Shown: positions 59,578 through 64,000 of the stretch, one piece after another
Numbering within the stretch: position 1 is the stretch's first letter
Layout of the letters: every line of letters starts with the position of its first letter
From: Waddliaceae bacterium
GTDB lineage: Bacteria > Chlamydiota > Chlamydiia > Chlamydiales > Waddliaceae
Direction: 5' to 3'
Assembly (NCBI GenBank): GCA_963724325.1
Contig: CAVRUH010000007.1
Span: 96,001-160,000 of the forward strand
Length of the DNA: 64,000 bases
The notes under the pieces: model-generated
Told to the model about the DNA's origin: nothing
What the model saw: the letters and a program-made list of their open reading frames with translations, nothing else
The model's database searches: none
Made by a program: the position numbers and the translations under genes

Positions 59578-60273
59578 ATGGTTGATGCAAAACGTATTAA
59601 CAGAAATGGTGCATGGATTTCTTTTTCTATAGCTCACAGCCTCCTTATTTTTTTGGGAATACTCGTTGTTGGGTGTGAAAAAAACGGTGAGATTGACGTA
59701 GATGATCTCAATTCTGAGAAAAATATTTTTATTAGTAGGGTTCTTGATGCAGAGCTAGGCGAGGGACCTTTTTTTATAAACTATTCGTTGAGTACAGTCT
59801 TTTTTTCACAAGATATTGTAAGCATCTTTGGAGAATTCACACGTTATACAGACTTCCCACATGATCGTAAGCATTATGAAGGAAAAACATTTTGTAGAAT
59901 AAATGGAAAATTCCAATTAATATCTTTCGATGATCTTTTTTCTGCTGAAAAGCAAAAAGAATTTATCAGAAAGTATTGTGAGGATGTTCTCAAGGCTAAG
60001 TCTATAGGCTATTTTGGTGAGGATCCACCTCTTCGCGATCAACTTGATTTAAAGGAAATTCAAACATTTTTAATTCATGAAAATTTTTTTATCATCGTAT
60101 TCCAACGTTATATTGTAGCCGGTCTTGACGATTATCCGACAACATTACGAATTCCTTACAATATTTTGAAGGGTCATATTAATCCAAACATTCCTTTGAT
60201 CACACTCTTAGAAAAAACAGTAAAATCAAATTCTTTTATTTCTTCTTGGGAAGATGTTTTGGGTGGTTCGTAG
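59578..60273 (+). CDS. Lipoprotein, RsiV/DUF3298-like
   Basis: Lipobox LVVGC; YT..PH, ISFDDLF, F.I....F.I.F..Y.VA......L.IPY. Confidence 0.6.
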   Translation: MVDAKRINRNGAWISFSIAHSLLIFLGILVVGCEKNGEIDVDDLNSEKNIFISRVLDAELGEGPFFINYSLSTVFFSQDIVSIFGEFTRYTDFPHDRKHYEGKTFCRINGKFQLISFDDLFSAEKQKEFIRKYCEDVLKAKSIGYFGEDPPLRDQLDLKEIQTFLIHENFFIIVFQRYIVAGLDDYPTTLRIPYNILKGHINPNIPLITLLEKTVKSNSFISSWEDVLGGS

Positions 60274-60308
60274 ACACACACGAAGCCTCTCTTTTTATTG
60301 CATTTCCC

Positions 60309-60485
60309 GTGCACTGGCGGTGCAACGGTGCAGTACTTTATCCATTTTCAACCGTCAAAATTCGGTAGCAATAAATACATAAGTCATTTATTATCTTACT
60401 CAAAGCGGTTGAGTGGTGTTGATTGGAGTGGTAGTCTTCCTCCCTCATAACCCGCGGGTCACTGGTTCAAGTCCAGTTTGCCCCA
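60309..60485 (+). other. attP-like junction between islands B and C (arm + tRNA 3' half 60444-60485)
   Basis: Third copy of CTCATAACCCGC...TTGCCCCA; GTGCA repeats; TAAGTCATTT IHF-like site. Confidence 0.85.
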
Positions 60486-60507
60486 CATTTTTTTACAGGA
60501 CAAACTT

Positions 60508-60695
60508 ATGACACTAATAGAATCCAAAATGGAATTTGCCGAAAGGAATCCTGCAATACTTCTCTCCCTAGAGGCTCAGATTGTAACGCACTATCAAAAA
60601 CGTCCTCGCCTTCATGATCACGATGTGATTCGCGTTTTAGAGGCTCTCATAAAGCACTTTAAGGCCTTAGCGACAAATTTCCCATTGCCTCAGCA
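60508..60695 (+). pseudogene. 128-aa gene copy 3, truncated by an IS481 end
   Basis: Identity to copy 1 stops after CCTCAGCA at 60695. Confidence 0.88.
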
Positions 60696-61467
60696 GGTGC
60701 GGTTACAGACATAGGTTACACTTTTATTGTTAAAATGTTATATAAAAAGCAGGGGGCAACTAGCCCCCTGCCAAAAAAACATCCGTCACCCATCGTCTCT
60801 CGGTCGCAGCGGGGAGTTTTCTTCTTGGTACCAATAATTATACTATGTATGGTCAAAAGATGCATTAGGAAAATACACAAGAAAACATCTAGAATTTTGA
60901 GTTTTGAGGGAGCTGTGGGGGTTTCTTCTTGGTCGGGGGTTTGGGGGCTGGCCCCCAATATATTCACTTCCGATCGTTGTCATTAGCGCTGCCTCCTTCT
61001 CTTAACTTTTGGTTTTTCAAGCCCTTCCTTTACAAGTTTTCCTAAGTATATAGGTCCATAATAAACATCATATTCCCCCTGTTCATTAGCCTTAAGACCA
61101 ACATATTCTCCAGTAAGCGTTTGTCCAATATAATGATCATTCTGATGTAACCATAAACAACCACTTGCACAAATCTTTCTAACAATCATTTTTTGTGTGT
61201 CGTATTCTGGTTTCCTTAAAACTCCATCCCAAGTCCGTAAGGATTTAGTATAAACACTTGCTGGTGTTTGCATATTCAAGGCTTCATGAGGCCTTTCAAA
61301 GTTATATTCGTCTAAGAATTTGCTGTTCGCTTGTATTTGCAATACAAGGGATGCTTTAGCAGGGTTTGCTACTTCTTGTTGTAGTGTAGAATGGAATCTC
61401 TCGTGCCTTCCATTTTCCTCAGGATGTCCTGGATTTATCCACTCAGGGATAACTCCAGCTTTAATTA
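60696..61467 (-). mobile_element. IS481-family remnant (transposase C-terminal half + right end)
   Basis: PGHPEENGRHERFHSTL, YNFERPHEALNMQTPASVY; end motif ACAGACATAGGTTACAC matches 49133-49149. Confidence 0.85.
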
Positions 61468-61781
61468 GATTGGCGTGATTTAGTCGGAATAGCAACGTAG
61501 ACAAAGTGAGGGATTTGTGTGGTGATTTCGTGATAAGCCAAAGCAGAGATCAGGCATATAATTCCGTTAGGAATTTTTTTCAAAACAAGAACAAGATCAG
61601 GCTAGGAAAAGTCTGGGATTTCAATTAGCCCATAGACTCCTCTAGCTAATTGTTCCAAGAGCCCCTCATCTCACATCTGATATAGTGTGCGTGGGTGAAT
61701 GCCCAATTGGATAGCTTCACCCGAGCGGAGGAGTCCCTGGTGTGATTTAAAGTGCTTGATCGCTATCTGTTTTGCATTCAT
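61468..61781 (-). pseudogene. Type IV TA AbiEi-family antitoxin pseudogene (two internal stops, truncated)
   Basis: Manual translation MNAKQIA...GIHPRTLYQM*DEGLLEQLARGVY...FS*PDL...GIICLISALAYHEITTQIPHFVYVAIP. Confidence 0.85.
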
Positions 61782-61829
61782 GGATAGTAATGTCGGTAAA
61801 TGTTAACATTTTACTACATTCTTATCCAT
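61780..61829. promoter_or_regulatory. Imperfect palindrome, probable AbiEi operator
   Basis: ATGGATAGTAATGTCGGTAAATGTT / AACATTTTACTACATTCTTATCCAT directly upstream of the AbiEi remnant. Confidence 0.55.
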
Positions 61830-61871
61830 ATTGCAGAGTATTCCTATGAGCTCTTACTGCCTAGAAACAAC

Positions 61872-62650
61872 TTAAAGTTCTAAAAGCTTTTTCATAGTTT
61901 TTTCAAAATGAAGCTTACGTAGCCTGCCAGAGGGGTCTTGCGCTTCCAATTTAACCCAGTCATTTGGAGAGGCATTGTCAAGCCAGATTCGTAGATTTTT
62001 CTGAAGAGTTTTAAACCATTTCGGATGCTGTTTTGCCAATACGTTGAATTCAATTAGAGCCCGATCAGAAAAATCGCCTAATTGGGAAGTGACATACCAA
62101 ATACCATAAAGATCCTTAAGAATCTTTAAAGCACTTTTGCGTTTCGTAAAAGTAAGCCCCTTATGGAATATCCAAGCACCTGGTGTAACTACATTTCCTG
62201 CAATGTTTGAGTGGGTATGAAACTTTATGGTTGTCTGCAAGCTTAAGGTTAAATAGCTTAGCGGTTGGGCAACCACACCAGCAATGACGACATTTTTATT
62301 TTTGTTTTCCTGACTAGAGTCATCCGTCAAAAATTCAATTTCAATTTCAGCGCCTGCAATTTCCTTCACATAGGCTTCTGTCGCAGGATCTCTAAATCTT
62401 TAAAAACATGATTGAAACCTGCTTCTCGAAGATAATTTTGAATGTTCTTTTTCGAAATTTGTGGGATTTTCCTTGGAATAAGAGAATCGATATCTCTTGT
62501 TCCTACTGGAGGGTTCTTTAATTTTGGATCAGCTAGATAAAGCTTGTAGATAAAGAGTGCAAATCCACCTCCAATGACGATAAAATCTCGCCATGGACCA
62601 ATAGATTCTAAAAATTCTGAAATGATTTTGTCTTCTTGATTAGATGTCAT
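61872..62650 (-). pseudogene. Nucleotidyltransferase toxin (AbiEii/GSU2403-like), split by a frameshift near 62388
   Basis: VIGGGFA...TRDID NTase motif in 62366..62650; continues PATEAYVKEI...HKGL....KDL in 61872..62369. Confidence 0.8.
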
Positions 62651-63379
62651 GACGATTTACCACTTTTATAAATACGCTTAAGCTCTGGAAGACGTTCTGC
62701 CATAAATTCTGCTTGTTCTTGTCCACGTAAAGGAAAGTGATATAAATCCAAAAAAGTCAAAATAGAAGGAGAGACATTGATATCTAGATTTGAGTCAGAA
62801 GCATGCTTAAGCAAGCTTTTGTAGTAAGGTTCTATAAGCAAAACTTCATAGCCTCTTTCTTGAGGTTCTAATAGTAGCTTTTTCTCAAGTTGTGGTCTAA
62901 CCAAAGGATCAAGCAGGTATAGTTCAAGAGTGTTTAAGTTGGTGTTTTTATATCCATGCGCTTCAGCAGCAGAATGAAGAGCCAATGCTACCTTATTGCT
63001 TAGATTTGACTTTTTAATTGCCTCTAAAAGCTCTGCTTTATCTTGGAACCCAGAACGATAAGTTCTCATTTTGCATTTTTTTACGATGCTGTAATGTTCT
63101 AGCCAGCTTTCAAGAAGGCGTTTGGGATCTTTCAAGAAAAACTTTTTGGCGGTTCTTATTCCTTCGGCTTGCAAAATTCCTTTTAAAACTAAAGTCCCAA
63201 AGACGCGTTGTACTGATCCAAGACTTACCCCAGCTTCTTTAGACACATTTCGCACGGATAACTCTCGACTCTTTGATGCCTTCTCTCAGCAACCAATCAA
63301 GAACCACGGCAGATTTGTCCGAATAGATATTCCCTTCCACAGGTTTTTCATTCGAGCCTATCAAAAACCGACCTTCCAT
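62647..63379 (-). pseudogene. AbiEi-like winged-helix antitoxin, frameshift near 63270
   Basis: AAGGAGG RBS + ATG 63379 (MEGRFLIG...IYSDKSAVVLDWLL) shifts into RELSVRNVSKEAGVSLGSV HTH; C-terminal VSP.LTFLDL....RGQEQAE. Confidence 0.8.
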
Positions 63380-63392
63380 ACGACCTCCTTAT

Positions 63393-63448
63393 CTGTTCAT
63401 TATTTTATACTGTTCAATATTTATGGAACAGTATAAAATATGGAACAG
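63393..63448. promoter_or_regulatory. 23-bp inverted repeat, probable AbiEi autorepression operator
   Basis: CTGTTCATTATTTTATACTGTTC / GAACAGTATAAAATATGGAACAG (21/23). Confidence 0.7.
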
Positions 63449-63490
63449 CGAATATTAACGTAAAAAGTTTAAAGAAACAAGGAGAGTCTA

Positions 63491-64000
63491 ATGACGAACA
63501 CAACAAATTCTTCAAGTCAAAAACAAATCAGAATGCCAGTACCTGTCGATTCCTTAATCACCATTCTACATAATATACAATTGAAAATTGATTCAGCTGC
63601 TGGCGCTGCAACAGCGCTAGAGCTCCGGCTGCGAATTATCGCTCAGATAGAAGAGAAAGTTCGAGATGAACTAAAGAAAAATACAAAAGACCCTTTTCAT
63701 CAGGCAACTCTTAAACATCTCATTTCAGCAGTCCTTGAGGTATTTCAAGATAAACTTGATGCAACCGAGCAAAGTATAATAAAACAATGCCGCCCCCCTC
63801 GCAATAAAACTGCGCATGGCAGCTTTGCTGAGTTAATGATCGAACTGGCAGGGGAGGCTTCTGGTAGACAGCTTGATAATCGCACATTGAAACCATTACC
63901 TTTAGCAGAAGATGATATAATTGAAGGAGCAATATGCATTGAGAGAAATGGTGGTTTAGAGGATTTTTCAAAACTTGCAAACCGTGCAGTATCAATTCTT
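63491..64000 (+). CDS. HEPN-domain-like protein (3' end outside window)
   Basis: AAGGAG RBS; open to the window end; ATALELRLR and RNKTAHG (Rx4H) motifs. Confidence 0.65.
   Translation, partial: MTNTTNSSSQKQIRMPVPVDSLITILHNIQLKIDSAAGAATALELRLRIIAQIEEKVRDELKKNTKDPFHQATLKHLISAVLEVFQDKLDATEQSIIKQCRPPRNKTAHGSFAELMIELAGEASGRQLDNRTLKPLPLAEDDIIEGAICIERNGGLEDFSKLANRAVSIL

Larger units (their letters stand above)
55312..60443. mobile_element. tRNA-integrated genomic island B (no integrase visible)
   Basis: Bounded by tRNA 3'-half repeats at 55270 and 60444. Confidence 0.8.
60486..64000. mobile_element. Probable island C (decayed defence/TA cargo; right end outside window)
   Basis: Starts with the same att-proximal gene; contains an IS481 remnant, AbiE pseudogenes and a HEPN ORF. 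Confidence 0.6.

Noticed and set aside
49123..61467. The two IS481 fragments as halves of one element split by an inversion
   Set aside because: The tRNA-derived repeats between them remain in direct orientation, and the middle of the transposase is missing; separate decayed copies are more likely

Overview
Chromosomal window from an environmental member of the Chlamydiae (Parachlamydiales-like). The assignment rests on chlamydial gene order (clpP1-dapF-UPF0158; phnP-like-hflX; long lepB with a CT021-like neighbour) and on many eukaryote-like effector genes. Positions 1-47 kb hold housekeeping genes (HI0933, arfB, dapF, clpP, hflX, radC, dus, prpCD, lepB, pncBA), candidate secreted effectors (CaaX-tailed HAD phosphatase, F-box/WD, ankyrin, coiled-coil/Inc-like) and REP-like palindromes. 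Four things stand out. (1) A 1,824-bp IS-like element (16451-18274) encodes only a large serine recombinase, has 23-bp terminal inverted repeats and a TG dinucleotide duplication, and sits inside a REP-like palindrome. Its gene has no stop codon inside the element; in the predicted excised circle it would fuse in frame to the upstream ORF and wrap the whole circle. (2) A tandem array of at least three islands begins at a tRNA(CAU) (47091 onward), with no intact integrase visible. Each starts with the same att-embedded 128-aa gene. The cargo differs: secreted PLD + two ART-like paralogs + 2H phosphoesterase; lysozyme-like + RsiV-like pair; decayed AbiE systems + HEPN protein. (3) A lux-box-like palindrome lies at identical spacing from the -10 box of a GNAT gene and of an ankyrin effector gene. 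(4) There is a tandem-duplication scar beside dus. All functional calls come from motif reading by eye; no database search was run.
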